DNA of 64,000 bases, taken from positions 37,802-101,801 of the forward strand of contig DAISYQ010000002.1 of NCBI GenBank assembly GCA_036825195.1, read 5' to 3'. Positions 1 to 10,616 of this stretch are shown in pieces. Under the pieces are notes generated by a model. The model was not told where the DNA came from, searched no databases, and was given only the letters and a program-made list of their open reading frames with translations. Every line of letters starts with the position of its first letter. The first letter of the stretch is position 1. The translations under genes were made by a program, and so were the position numbers. This DNA comes from Syntrophales bacterium. Its GTDB lineage: Bacteria; Desulfobacterota; Syntrophia; Syntrophales; UBA2210.

Positions 1-55
1 ATGGTTCCGTTACATCGACGTAGGGAACCGTGTTACAAATTCATAACTGTTAGAA

Positions 56-502
56 ATGGGTAATGATATGACACACGAAGATGCGGGACATTATGCCGCA
101 AAACATGCCGCAGGAACCACGCCGGCACCCGAGATTGCTGAAGCGATAAAGAGTAAGTCCAAAGAGGGACGTATTACGTGCGCCGCCGCCCACAAGATTG
201 CTGGCGACTTGCAAACGGCACCTGCCGAGGTGGGTGTGGCAATGGATCTGATGGAAATGCGTTTGAACAAGTGCCAGCTGGGATTGTTCGGATATTCACC
301 CGAAAGAAGGATCGTAAAACCGGCGAGCGAGGTGTCACCTGAACTGGAAGCGGCCATAAGGAAGTCAGCGGTTGACGGCAGGATACCATGCCTTGCAAGC
401 TGGGAGATCGCGAAAGATTTTGGAATTGCAAAAATGGATATATCCTGTGCCTGTGAAGCACTGGGCATCAAAGTATCCTCATGCCAACTGGGAGCTTTTT
501 AG
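56..502 (+). CDS. Conserved hypothetical protein made of two tandem small Cys-containing domains (C..A..IA ... CQLG.F)
   Basis: 148 aa ORF; internal repeat ITCAAAHKIA...KCQLGLF and IPCLASWEIA...SCQLGAF. Confidence 0.7.
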   Translation: MGNDMTHEDAGHYAAKHAAGTTPAPEIAEAIKSKSKEGRITCAAAHKIAGDLQTAPAEVGVAMDLMEMRLNKCQLGLFGYSPERRIVKPASEVSPELEAAIRKSAVDGRIPCLASWEIAKDFGIAKMDISCACEALGIKVSSCQLGAF

Positions 503-569
503 TTATTCCGCTATTGATCCCCTCATAATGAATGATTTGCTTAGCTGGTGAACATGCCAATGAGCAATT

Positions 570-1244
570 TCAGTTTGGTACGGTCGTCTCATTTTGACTA
601 TCTGCTGAAGCTATTTGCTTAGCCATCCGTTTCAAAGAACTTGTTGCTTCTGATTCGGGAACTGACTTAAAAATATCATCAGATATTGCATCCAAATTAA
701 GAATGTATTCACCATCAGGTGGCCATCCGGGACGACGTATTTTCTTTAGTAGCACCTTTGATCTTTGCTCAAAATGTTCGACAAGGTTTTCCACATGTTT
801 CATTATTGTTTGTATTTTCGGTCGACGTGGAATTAGTTCATTTGAAACCATTGTTATTGCACCGTCAATTACAACGGCACGAACCGTGTTAAATATTTCT
901 GATTCAACTTGATACCCATCTATGTCTTTATGAGCATATAATTTATCTCTGAGAGAAATCATTTCGTTGTGCATAGCCATTGACTCAAGTGGAAGATCAT
1001 CATTCGTCAAACGGCCTATCCCCCTACACCAGTGAAATGTACGTCCATAAACGACATAGATCGCATTTATTATACCAGTGTAAGTTGAGTCGCCTTCAAT
1101 ATATAAACCTGATAAAATATCGTCACATAAATGGTGTACTAATTTGCATGAATTGGTCGCATATACAAGAAGCCACAATTCACGCCTCAGATCGAAAGTG
1201 CTGCTTGGTATTGGATCAGATGATTTGAATGTCGTAAATTCCAT
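570..1244 (-). CDS. AT-rich orphan protein, putative HEPN-superfamily (AbiU2-like) RNase
   Basis: ATG at 1244 with GGGGG RBS (track start 1289 is an upstream GTG); motifs AIYVVYGRTF and HNEMISLRDKLYAHKD (Rx5H); sampled lines 30-43% GC. Confidence 0.5.
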   Translation of the reverse strand: MEFTTFKSSDPIPSSTFDLRRELWLLVYATNSCKLVHHLCDDILSGLYIEGDSTYTGIINAIYVVYGRTFHWCRGIGRLTNDDLPLESMAMHNEMISLRDKLYAHKDIDGYQVESEIFNTVRAVVIDGAITMVSNELIPRRPKIQTIMKHVENLVEHFEQRSKVLLKKIRRPGWPPDGEYILNLDAISDDIFKSVPESEATSSLKRMAKQIASADSQNETTVPN

Positions 1245-1322
1245 ATTTCCCCCTGCCGCAACCATCAACAAGTCTGAAAATAGTATCACGCTCTGTAATC
1301 TGTTTGCGCTTCTACTGATACA

Positions 1323-2054
1323 TTAGCGAGCTGTTTTGGTGCTGTTAAAGCGATCATGTATGTAATCTGTAACAATCGCCAGCATGTTAGTCGCGTTTCT
1401 ACGCGCGCCTTTTCTGATTTCTTCGGGTACCAGGGGTTGTTCGACGATGCCGTGGGCATAATTATCGATAGAACATATGGCGGCGTAAGAAAGGTTCAGT
1501 TCTACAGCGATCGTTGCCTCGCTTGCCATGGTCATGCCGATGATGTCGGCGAAGGTTGACATCATCCGTATTTCGGCCTTTGTTTCCAGTCGCGGCCCGG
1601 GTGCCTGCCAGTACACGCCGTTTTCTCGTACGGTTATTTCAAGATCTTTGGCTGTCCGAATCAGCCTCTCTCTGATTTCTTCATCGATAGACGGTAGTAT
1701 ATGGACCGCTCTGTTGTCAAATATGGTGGGAGTTCCAGAGATGGAAATATAATCGTCCGGTATGATGATTGTTCCCGGTTCCAGTTCTATTTTCAAAGAT
1801 CCCGTTGAGTTTATTCCGATTACCTCCTTCACGCCCATCTCATACAGGGCTTTCATGTTCGCCTGATGATTGATCATGTGGGGAGGAATGCTGGTGTTCT
1901 CATCCGTGCCGTGCCTCGGTATGAATGCAATCAAGTCTGAGAGAAAGACCTGGGCACTGCCAAATTCGGTTTCAACCACGGTTTTTTTCAGATTCTTGAA
2001 TATATCTTCTTCGTGGAGGGGAACTGTGCCGGAGATTATGCCAATCGGGTTCAT
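1323..2054 (-). CDS. mtnP: MTAP-family purine nucleoside phosphorylase (methylthioadenosine/methylthioinosine phosphorylase)
   Basis: FIPRHG, INHQANMKAL, GPRLETKAEI, GMTMASEA, DNYAHG motifs. Confidence 0.85.
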   Translation of the reverse strand: MNPIGIISGTVPLHEEDIFKNLKKTVVETEFGSAQVFLSDLIAFIPRHGTDENTSIPPHMINHQANMKALYEMGVKEVIGINSTGSLKIELEPGTIIIPDDYISISGTPTIFDNRAVHILPSIDEEIRERLIRTAKDLEITVRENGVYWQAPGPRLETKAEIRMMSTFADIIGMTMASEATIAVELNLSYAAICSIDNYAHGIVEQPLVPEEIRKGARRNATNMLAIVTDYIHDRFNSTKTAR

Positions 2055-2292
2055 GACAGGCTCCTTATGCTGATGCTGTAATGATGTTGATCATTGTCCT
2101 GAATTTGAGCATATGTGTATCAAAATTCATGATACCTGTCAAAGGAGTCGAAGGGCGGGCATTGAAATAGTATTTGACATTATGGTAGTGTCATGAAATG
2201 GTAACCTGCCTGATTAACCGGGGCGGGTGCATCTGTGGTTTTGGACCCGTGTTCCTTTGAATCCGGGTGGTTACAGGGAGGGTGCTATCGAT

Positions 2293-2958
2293 ATGAAGCT
2301 TGCACGAACATTCCTTATACTTGTTTTAGTGTTTTCTGTTACTGGCTGTCTGTGGTGGGATAAACCTGCCGGTCCCAGCACGCCGGAGGCACTGTACAAG
2401 AGAGCGCAGGAGGCATACCAGGACAAGGATTACAAGGATGCTATTGAACTGTTTCAGAGAGTGACCGGAGAATATCCCCTCAGTGAATATGCGATTCTTT
2501 CGGAACTGGGAATCGCTGATTCATATTTCAGCGACGAGGATTATATCTCGGCGGAGGCACACTATAACGATTTCATGGAATTTCATCCGACCAGTGAAAA
2601 TCTTCCCTATGTGATGTATCAGATAGGCCTGTGTCACTACAACCAGATGCTGGGAATAGATCTGGATCAGACAGAAACCCACCTGGCTGTGGAATCTTTC
2701 GAGAGACTTCTTTCCCGCTTTCCCAGCAGCAAGTTTTCCCTTCTCGCGGAAAAGATGTACAAGGAATGCAGAATGAAACTCAGCGAGCATGAGTTTTATG
2801 TGGGAGAGTTCTATTTTAATATCGGCGAATACCGTGCCGCGTTGAGACGTTTCAATACCATTCAGGAAAAATATGCCCGTTTGGGTCTGGACTATCAGGT
2901 CGATTACTACATACGCGAGACAAAAAGGCGCCTGGCCGAGAAAGGCGAAAAGGAGTAA
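2293..2958 (+). CDS. bamD: Outer membrane protein assembly factor BamD (lipoprotein)
   Basis: Lipobox VTGC; TPR-like helices; FMEFHPTSENLPYVMYQIGLCHY and HEFYVGEFYF motifs; start moved to ATG 2293. Confidence 0.9.
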   Translation: MKLARTFLILVLVFSVTGCLWWDKPAGPSTPEALYKRAQEAYQDKDYKDAIELFQRVTGEYPLSEYAILSELGIADSYFSDEDYISAEAHYNDFMEFHPTSENLPYVMYQIGLCHYNQMLGIDLDQTETHLAVESFERLLSRFPSSKFSLLAEKMYKECRMKLSEHEFYVGEFYFNIGEYRAALRRFNTIQEKYARLGLDYQVDYYIRETKRRLAEKGEKE

Positions 2959-3253
2959 GAATAGATACCCGGAGATCCGAAGAAATACCCGATTCGTATC
3001 ATAAAGACGCAGAAAGATCATTGATATCCGGATAGTGATACGGTGTGCAGAACCTGTCACAAAATTGCTCGGTCTGTATATCTTCCATCTTTCTTTATAT
3101 TGTTTCAGTGAACCTGCCCGTGTTGCCGGTATCACCTTTCCCCGCTGTGATTTCTGCGGGTATTGTTTTGTGTCAGTGAAACAGCGGTTCGGGTAGATTT
3201 CTAATATTCTCTGAAAGAAACACCAACTGACACACCAATCAAGGAGAAGCTGC

Positions 3254-4270
3254 ATGAACCCTCAGAACCTCGTCGAATCGATGATGAGGCCCGAATGTTA
3301 TCCTCATAGACCGGAGAACGTAGAACTCATCCAGACCCATATTTCCTTTATTTTTATTACCGGGGCTCTCGTGTACAAGGTCAAGAAGGCGGTCGATTTC
3401 GGTTTTCTCGATTTCACGACCCTTGAAAAGAGGAAACATTACTGCGAACAGGAAGTCGTACTGAACCGTCGATTCGCCCCCGATGTATATATCGATGTCG
3501 TTGGGATCACAGAGGACAAAGGGAAAAATCTTCGTATCGGCGGCGAGGGCAGTGTTATCGAGTATGCCGTTAAGATGAAAAAGATTCCCGAAGAGAAGAT
3601 GCTCTACCGGCTCATGAAGGCGGACAAGATAACGGAGTCTGATGTGATGCGTGTCGGAAGGCATCTTGCCCGGGTCTATGGGAATATCCCGAGCGATGAA
3701 AAGGCACGGGCCTTCGGGACACTCGATACTATCGCCACCAATGTAATAGAAAATTTCGATCAAACGAGGAAGTATACCGGTGGGCCTGTAAGCGGCGAGG
3801 CATTCGATGCGATAGAGTCGTGGAGCAGGTCGTTCATGGACGGGAAGGGTGCTCTCTTCGATACGAGGATCGAACAGGGCCACATAAAAGACTGTCACGG
3901 TGATCTCCATCTCCAGCATATATGTATTGAAGATGATGTCGTCTCTGTGTTTGATTGTATCGAATTCAACGAGCGGTTTCGTTTCGGGGATGTGGCATCG
4001 GATGTGGCGTTTCTGTCGATGGACTTTGATTTCAACGGAAAAAGTAAACTCGGGGATATCTTTGTCGATATCTATATAGACGAATCGGGTGATGCGACGC
4101 TACGGGATGTTCTTCGATTCTACAAGGTGTACCGGGCCATGGTGAGGGCAAAGGTTACTTCGTTCATGCTGGATGACGGCGGTCTCGACGATCTCTCCCG
4201 GCGTGAGGCTTTTCAAAGGGCGAAACGATACTATGATCTTGCCTATGGGTATGTGACCCATGAAGATTGA
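3254..4270 (+). CDS. Aminoglycoside-phosphotransferase-like kinase (COG2187-type N-terminal half)
   Basis: LIQTHISFIF, YKVKKAVDFGFLDF, DCHGDLHLQHI, FDCIEFNERFR, DVAFLSMD motifs. Confidence 0.85.
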   Translation: MNPQNLVESMMRPECYPHRPENVELIQTHISFIFITGALVYKVKKAVDFGFLDFTTLEKRKHYCEQEVVLNRRFAPDVYIDVVGITEDKGKNLRIGGEGSVIEYAVKMKKIPEEKMLYRLMKADKITESDVMRVGRHLARVYGNIPSDEKARAFGTLDTIATNVIENFDQTRKYTGGPVSGEAFDAIESWSRSFMDGKGALFDTRIEQGHIKDCHGDLHLQHICIEDDVVSVFDCIEFNERFRFGDVASDVAFLSMDFDFNGKSKLGDIFVDIYIDESGDATLRDVLRFYKVYRAMVRAKVTSFMLDDGGLDDLSRREAFQRAKRYYDLAYGYVTHED

Positions 4271-5141
4271 TCTCCATATTCATTCAAAGAACGGATCGGA
4301 CGGCAAGTGGACGCTGGAGGAGATCTTTGCCGAGGCCTCGAGGAGAAATATCAGGTTTATGTCGATCGCAGACCACGACTCGGTCCACTGCCAGGATGAG
4401 GCCATAGACCTTGCCGATCGGTATGGGATAGCATACATTCCCGGTGTCGAACTCAGTGTAGCCTTCGCTCATCCGGGATTCAGGGACGGTAAGAGCGTTG
4501 AGCTTCACTTGCTGGGCTATGAGTATGATATCCATAATGGACCCTTGACGGACAAGCTCCTTGAGATGCGTGATTTCAGAGAGAAAAGGGCGAAGAAGAT
4601 ACTGGAAAATATCAATCGGGAATTCCAGAAAGAAGGAAGACCGAGTTTCACAGTCCACGATATGGAAGAGATACAGGCAAGCGTTGACGGCTCCTTCGGT
4701 CGCCCCCACATTGCGAATTACATGATACGGAAGGGTATCGTGAGCGACAAGACGGAGGCCTTCAACAAATATCTCGTGAAGTGTGATATGCCGAAGATGT
4801 CGCTGAGTCTGGAAGAGGCTTCTGAATTGATATGGAGCGCCGGCGGCAGGTTGGTGATCGCCCACCCCAATGATCCCAACGGATCCTCTCTTGTGTCGCT
4901 CACTCCGTCTGTGCCCCAGCAACATGCCATCATTCGTGACTCCATGCTGAAATATATCGACGGTGTGGAATGCTGGCATTCGAGACACAGCCGAACATCG
5001 AGCAAAGCATACCGTGCATTCGCCCGCAAGGAAGGGCTGATCGTCACAGGCGGGTCCGACTGCCATCAACAGCCGGCGATTATGGGTAATATCGATGTTC
5101 CCGATTATGTGGCCCGGCAGTTTGGAATAGATATTGTCTAA
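4260..5141 (+). CDS. PHP-domain phosphoesterase (TrpH/YciV-like)
   Basis: DLHIHS, ADHD, GVELS, HLLGY, GRPHIA, IAHP, GGSDCH metal-binding motifs; overlaps upstream stop by 11 nt. Confidence 0.9.
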   Translation: MKIDLHIHSKNGSDGKWTLEEIFAEASRRNIRFMSIADHDSVHCQDEAIDLADRYGIAYIPGVELSVAFAHPGFRDGKSVELHLLGYEYDIHNGPLTDKLLEMRDFREKRAKKILENINREFQKEGRPSFTVHDMEEIQASVDGSFGRPHIANYMIRKGIVSDKTEAFNKYLVKCDMPKMSLSLEEASELIWSAGGRLVIAHPNDPNGSSLVSLTPSVPQQHAIIRDSMLKYIDGVECWHSRHSRTSSKAYRAFARKEGLIVTGGSDCHQQPAIMGNIDVPDYVARQFGIDIV

Positions 5142-5146
5142 TATAA

Positions 5147-5785
5147 ATGCATGAAACCATTGGTGCGTGGAGGAGCGTTCAATTGAAAATACCCTTTAAG
5201 GAATTTGTCGAAAAGGAGATCGGAAGCGATGCAGTCTTGATTGCCTGCGGGCTTCCGGCAACGAACAAGACGGAAACCACCGAAGTCGTGGCGCGTCTGA
5301 AGGGATACGAGATGCTGCGGACGGATGTGATACGCCGAGAAGTCCTGAGAGGCGAGGATATCTTCGATGAAAAGGTGGCATCCAACATGGACAAGAGGAC
5401 GCTGGTGTACGACACGATGTTTTCCCTGGCCGATGAGCTTTCATCGCGGGGGAAGGGGGTTATCCTCGATGCCACGTTTATCACCCAGACTCTCAGGAGG
5501 AGGGCTGCCGGAGTGGCTGCGAAAAATCGGAAGACGTTCATTATACAGCAGACCCAGTGCCCACAGGACTACTCATTGAACAAGATTTCCAAAAGGACCA
5601 AGGAACAGTACGAGTCCAACGCTTTGACGGAGCAGGCCTATCTGAACAACAAGAACAGATTCGAGCCGGTAGACCTTGATGACCTCAAAGGACTCTATCC
5701 CGGGTTGGATATCATACATCTTCTCGTCGATACCGCCTCGGATTCGGAGGATGATTGGTTCGTGATCGGGAAGGTCGAACGATAA
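5147..5785 (+). CDS. P-loop kinase/AAA_33-type protein (COG0645-type C-terminal half)
   Basis: CGLPATNKT P-loop variant, LRTDVIRREVL, GVILDATF motifs. Confidence 0.75.
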   Translation: MHETIGAWRSVQLKIPFKEFVEKEIGSDAVLIACGLPATNKTETTEVVARLKGYEMLRTDVIRREVLRGEDIFDEKVASNMDKRTLVYDTMFSLADELSSRGKGVILDATFITQTLRRRAAGVAAKNRKTFIIQQTQCPQDYSLNKISKRTKEQYESNALTEQAYLNNKNRFEPVDLDDLKGLYPGLDIIHLLVDTASDSEDDWFVIGKVER

Positions 5786-5837
5786 CGGGACGGACTGAAG
5801 ACATGCCATTTCGTATCGTTCGGCGGATATACCGTAC

Positions 5838-6611
5838 TTAATTGTTGGTGTTAAACTCCACCCGTCGGTTCAGGGCCCGATCCTCTTTATTGTCGTTCGA
5901 TGCGACCGGCATACTCTCGCCGTAAGCCTTCACGGCAATCCTTTCCGGAGAAACGGAGGAGTGTTCCACGATATATTCCTTGACGACATTCGCCCGTTTC
6001 AGTGAGAGGGCATCATTATATTCTTCCGTACCAGTGCTGTCCGCGTGACCCGATAATACAATGGAGAGCCCGGGTTCGTTTGTCAGTGCAGTTCCCACGT
6101 CCTTCAGGAGCTTACGGTAGGATGGCTGTATGTCCGCCCTGTCGTGGTCGAAGTAGATGATGGCCTGCATAGTTGAAGATATATCTGATTCGGTGCTTGT
6201 TGCCTTGGTTTTGGCAAGCCAATCGCGTGCGCCCGCATGCCCCAGGGCGGCGGCGGTTTGCATGTCCTTCAATCCCTGTTCATTGTTGATCATGTAATAA
6301 TTAACGGAGCCCCGCTGAAAATAGGCTTCGGCATTACCGGGCGCAAGCTGTATCGCTTTTGAGAGATCGCTGAGAGACTCCGAACAGTTGGTCTTTCTTT
6401 CCGCGAAGAGGGCCATTCCTCTTTTCAGATAGGCATCGGCGCTGTTGGGGTCGTATTCGATTGCCTTCGTGTATGCCTCCACTGCCTCCGCGTGGATTTC
6501 CTGCTCTTCCAGTATGTCTCCCTTCTCGATCCATGTTGCCGCATCCTGCGCGCAGACCGGCTGCCATGATAAGAAAGAAGCGAGTATAACGGCGAGATAT
6601 ATCTTTTTCAT
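5838..6611 (-). CDS. Exported TPR + OmpA-like peptidoglycan-binding protein
   Basis: Signal peptide, TPRs (AVEAYTKAIEYDPNSADAYLKRG), OmpA_C motifs GHADSTG, NDALSLKRANVV, NRRVEF. Confidence 0.88.
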   Translation of the reverse strand: MKKIYLAVILASFLSWQPVCAQDAATWIEKGDILEEQEIHAEAVEAYTKAIEYDPNSADAYLKRGMALFAERKTNCSESLSDLSKAIQLAPGNAEAYFQRGSVNYYMINNEQGLKDMQTAAALGHAGARDWLAKTKATSTESDISSTMQAIIYFDHDRADIQPSYRKLLKDVGTALTNEPGLSIVLSGHADSTGTEEYNDALSLKRANVVKEYIVEHSSVSPERIAVKAYGESMPVASNDNKEDRALNRRVEFNTNN

Positions 6612-6687
6612 GGTTCACCTCGGCGACTGTTATTTTCCGTGAAGATATCACACGGATGTGAATTGGGCAAGGGGTTTGCCGCCATGC

Positions 6688-7734
6688 CTACACGTGACGA
6701 GCGAGATCGTGTTTGCGGCCGCTTAATTGTCCGCACGCAGCCGATATATCGGTTCCCTTACTGGTACGGATCATGGCTGTATAGTGGTGCTGTATCAGTA
6801 TGTCCTGGAATTTTCTCAAATTTTTGTCTGAAGGGCTCTTGAATTCAGATCCCGGAAATTCGTTGAATGATATGAGATTGAATTTACAATGCACCCCCTT
6901 CATAAGTGATGCGAGCATCTTCGCGTCTTCTTCTGAATCATTGACGCCGTCTATCAGGATGTATTCGAAGGTGATCATCCTCCTCCTCGGCATGGGATAG
7001 GTCCGGCATGCATCTATCAGTTCTTTGAGGGGATACTTCTTGTTCACCGGCATCAGATATGTCCTCTTTGCGTCATTCGGGGCGTTCAGTGATACCGCAA
7101 GGTTGACGGAGATATCCTTGCCCAGTCTGTGTATCATCGGTATTATTCCACAGGTAGAAACGGTTATCCTCCTCTTTGAGAAACAGGGTCCCGTATCGGA
7201 GGTGATGATTCGGATTGCCTTCAGGGTGTTTTCATAATTGGCAAGCGGTTCCCCCATCCCCATCATGACGATGTTCTTGATGTCCCTTCCTTCGGGTGTA
7301 TTGAAACGGAGGGCTGTTATCTGTCCGACTATCTCCGAGGGAGAGAGGTTTCTTTTCAGACCGTACCTGCCGGTAAGGCAGAATCTGCAGCCCATTGAGC
7401 ATCCGGCCTGTGTGGACACACACTGAGTCCAGTGACTCTTTTCCCATATGAGCACACTCTCTATAAGGGTTCCGTCTTCCAGCCTGAAAAGTGCTTTCTT
7501 GGTGCCGTCTTTTGATTCCTCGATTTCCTCTATTACGGGGACTGTTATGCGGGCCATCTCTTTGATTTCTTCTCGGAAGGCCTTTGAGAGGTTGGTCATT
7601 TCATCAAAGGACGAGACACCGGACTGGTGTATCCATTTCATGATCTGGCGCGCCCGGTATTTCTCTTTTCCAAGGTGGGAAATAAAGCTCTCGATCTCTT
7701 CGAAAGACATGTCGTTCAGGTCGGGTTTATCCAT
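6688..7734 (-). CDS. rlmN: 23S rRNA (A2503-C2)/tRNA methyltransferase RlmN (radical SAM)
   Basis: GCSMGCRFC, MGMGEP, ISAACGQL motifs. Confidence 0.95.
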   Translation of the reverse strand: MDKPDLNDMSFEEIESFISHLGKEKYRARQIMKWIHQSGVSSFDEMTNLSKAFREEIKEMARITVPVIEEIEESKDGTKKALFRLEDGTLIESVLIWEKSHWTQCVSTQAGCSMGCRFCLTGRYGLKRNLSPSEIVGQITALRFNTPEGRDIKNIVMMGMGEPLANYENTLKAIRIITSDTGPCFSKRRITVSTCGIIPMIHRLGKDISVNLAVSLNAPNDAKRTYLMPVNKKYPLKELIDACRTYPMPRRRMITFEYILIDGVNDSEEDAKMLASLMKGVHCKFNLISFNEFPGSEFKSPSDKNLRKFQDILIQHHYTAMIRTSKGTDISAACGQLSGRKHDLARHV

Positions 7735-7961
7735 GGTGTTTCTTTATGCGGCCTTTTGTACCGGTATATCTATGAACTGCCTGGTGTCGGCAGTTGCAAT
7801 ATCCGTAAAAATAGTTGATAAAAATAACAAAATACATGATATCACTAAGAGCGAAAACTCGCAAGGATTACTCGGAATTCCTCAAGCCGTGTTGCTAAAA
7901 AAAGATTTTTTGTGATAGTAGAATGAGCGGGATCGTGTGGATGGTTAGAAAGGAGTGGCGG

Positions 7962-10574
7962 GTGAATAATCTTACACCGGCGATGAGGCAGTACCTTGAA
8001 ATAAAAGAGCTGCACAGCGACTGTATCATATTTTTCAGGATGGGTGATTTCTACGAGATGTTCTTCGAGGATGCCGTAGTTGCCTCCAAAGTCCTCGAGA
8101 TTACTCTGACATCCAGAAATAAGGGCAAGGAAGATGCCATTCCGCTCTGTGGTGTGCCCTGGCACGCGGCATCCGGCTATATATCAAAGCTCATAGAGAA
8201 TGGATATAAGGTTGCCGTCTGTGAACAGATGGAGGATCCGAAAGATGCAAAGGGAGTAGTAAAGAGAGAGGTCGTGCGCATCGTAACGCCGGGACTGGTT
8301 GTCGATTCCGAAAATCTCTCGGCGAAGGAGAATAACTTTCTGGCGGGTATTTCGGTATTGAAGGATTCCTTCGGGCTTGCTCTCGTGGACATTTCGACCG
8401 GCGAATTTCGGGTTACGCAGACCGACGATCTAGAGGCGTTCCTCGATGAGATGGCAGGGCTTGATCTCAGAGAAGTAATCGTATCCGAAGCATTGAAAGA
8501 GAGCGGTCTTCTGGAGGCTTTTGTACGGCGGTCAGGCGACTGCAGTATCAGCTTCCTCCCATCCGATTATTTCTTTCCGGACGGGGCCTCGGACCTGATC
8601 GACGAGTTTTTTCATGAGAAGGGAGATGTTGATTTTAAAAGGCATCCGGCGATGACCGGCGCAGCGGGGGCGGTCTTGCGGTATGTGAAGGAAACCCAGA
8701 AAGACAGACTGAATCATATCAATGACGTAGTATGGTACGACATCCATACTTATCTGATTATGGATGACACGGCAAAGAGAAATCTTGAACTATTTGCCAC
8801 CATCCAGGGAGGAAAAAAGCGGGGATCTCTATTCCATGTCCTCGACGAGACAACTACCGCCATGGGGGGGAGGAAGCTACGCCGATGGCTCAATTATCCC
8901 CTTGTGGATCCGGAAAAAATCAGGATGAGACTCGCCGCCGTTTCCGAGATTAAAGACGATCATCTGCTGAGAGAAAATCTTCGAACGTCTCTCGCCGGTA
9001 TCTACGATCTTGAACGGCTCGGCAGCCGGGTTTCCATGGGTGTTGCGAACGGGAAAGACCTGCTTGCCCTTGGGAGATCTCTCAGACTGATACCAGCCAT
9101 AAAGGCCGCCATCTCGCAACTGGAATCCGCTCTCATATCCGTCATCCATGCCGAACTCGACGATATGCAGGATATGGCGGATCTGATAGATGATGCGATA
9201 GTGGACGATCCACCGGTAACCATTCGCGACGGGTATGTAATCAAGAAGGGATATGACGACGAGCTGGACAAGATCATATCACTGTGCACGGACGGTAAGA
9301 AATGGATCGCCGCCATGGAGGACAGGGAGCGGAAGAGAACGGGCATTAACAGTCTCAAAGTGGGTTTCAACTCTGTGTTCGGGTATTACATAGAGGTGAC
9401 CAGGGCGAACAGCGATATCGTCCCCGATGACTACATCAGGAAGCAGACGCTGGTCAATGCGGAACGGTATATCAATCAGGAACTGAAGGAATATGAATCT
9501 CTCGTTCTCGGGGCGGAGGAACGCAGGAAGAAGAGGGAATACGACCTGTTCGTGGAGATCAGAGATACGATTGCACGGGAGATAACGAGGATACAGCGGA
9601 CGGCCTCGCGTCTTGCCGATCTTGATGCCATAACCTCTTTGTCAGAAGTGGCGGAGAGGTACAACTACTGCTGCCCGCGCGTAACCGATGACGATCTGAT
9701 ACACATACAAGGGGGGAGGCATCCCGTCGTAGAGCGAATGAATCCGGATGGCGGATTTGTGCCTAATGACACACTTCTGGACCGCAACGGCAACCGTTTT
9801 CTCATTATCACGGGACCCAACATGGCGGGCAAATCAACCTATATACGTCAGACGGCGGTACTGGTTCTCATGGCGCAAATGGGGAGCTTTGTCCCGGCCG
9901 ATAAGGCGGAAATCGGTGTTGCAGACCGGATCTTTACGAGGGTCGGAGCCGGTGACAGTCTGTCAGGGGGACAGAGTACCTTTATGGTAGAGATGACGGA
10001 GGTCGCCGGTATTCTGAAGAACGCCTCTCCACGAAGTCTGATTCTTTTGGATGAAGTGGGAAGAGGCACGAGCACATTTGACGGTCTCAGCATAGCCTGG
10101 GCAGTAGCGGAGTATATACATGATCCGGAAAAACTCGGAGCCCGAACACTCTTTGCGACGCACTACCACGAGCTGACTGATCTTGCGAGAACCATGGACG
10201 GGGTCAAGAATCTGAGCATCGCGGTCAAGGAATGGGGCGACAGGGTTATCTTCCTGCGCACCATTATTGAAGGAGGGACTAACCGGAGTTACGGTATAGA
10301 GGTTGCCCGTCTCGCCGGAGTCCATGACGATGTCGTATCGAGGGCCAGAGAGGTGTTGAAAAATCTGGAACATGGTGAACTGGATGAGATCGGTATGCCG
10401 AAGATCGCCCGGGGGAAGTCCGCACGGAAGGGTGGCACTATGGGACAGTTGAATCTCTTTGCCGAAAAAGAGGATCTCCTGATTGCCGAATTGAATGCAT
10501 TTGACGTGTCGAACATGACACCCATGGAAGCGCTTTTAAAAATCAGTGAGTGGCAGAAGATGGTAAAGGATTGA
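7962..10574 (+). CDS. mutS: DNA mismatch repair protein MutS
   Basis: [38 protein letters not shown]; GTG start 7962 after AGGAG. Confidence 0.97.
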   Translation: MNNLTPAMRQYLEIKELHSDCIIFFRMGDFYEMFFEDAVVASKVLEITLTSRNKGKEDAIPLCGVPWHAASGYISKLIENGYKVAVCEQMEDPKDAKGVVKREVVRIVTPGLVVDSENLSAKENNFLAGISVLKDSFGLALVDISTGEFRVTQTDDLEAFLDEMAGLDLREVIVSEALKESGLLEAFVRRSGDCSISFLPSDYFFPDGASDLIDEFFHEKGDVDFKRHPAMTGAAGAVLRYVKETQKDRLNHINDVVWYDIHTYLIMDDTAKRNLELFATIQGGKKRGSLFHVLDETTTAMGGRKLRRWLNYPLVDPEKIRMRLAAVSEIKDDHLLRENLRTSLAGIYDLERLGSRVSMGVANGKDLLALGRSLRLIPAIKAAISQLESALISVIHAELDDMQDMADLIDDAIVDDPPVTIRDGYVIKKGYDDELDKIISLCTDGKKWIAAMEDRERKRTGINSLKVGFNSVFGYYIEVTRANSDIVPDDYIRKQTLVNAERYINQELKEYESLVLGAEERRKKREYDLFVEIRDTIAREITRIQRTASRLADLDAITSLSEVAERYNYCCPRVTDDDLIHIQGGRHPVVERMNPDGGFVPNDTLLDRNGNRFLIITGPNMAGKSTYIRQTAVLVLMAQMGSFVPADKAEIGVADRIFTRVGAGDSLSGGQSTFMVEMTEVAGILKNASPRSLILLDEVGRGTSTFDGLSIAWAVAEYIHDPEKLGARTLFATHYHELTDLARTMDGVKNLSIAVKEWGDRVIFLRTIIEGGTNRSYGIEVARLAGVHDDVVSRAREVLKNLEHGELDEIGMPKIARGKSARKGGTMGQLNLFAEKEDLLIAELNAFDVSNMTPMEALLKISEWQKMVKD

Positions 10575-10616
10575 ATGGGTTCCGGGATATGCGGATAAGT
10601 TCTTGCTCGTTCGGCA

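Noticed and set aside
503-1330. Possible integron cassette or attC sites, or target duplication, around the HEPN-like gene
   Set aside because: Only a 6 bp GTATCA/TGATAC inverted repeat; no complementary RYYYAAC/GTTRRRY pair or direct repeat found
2999-3088. 29 aa minus-strand ORF MEDIQTEQFCDRFC... in the bamD intergenic gap
   Set aside because: Too short, weak RBS, no family resemblance; chance ORF cannot be excluded
2521-5069. Long antisense ORFs (2521-3255, 3239-3919, 4284-5069) and similar shadows such as 38277-39020
   Set aside because: They lie opposite well-supported genes, have no recognisable motifs and are explained by codon bias of the sense genes
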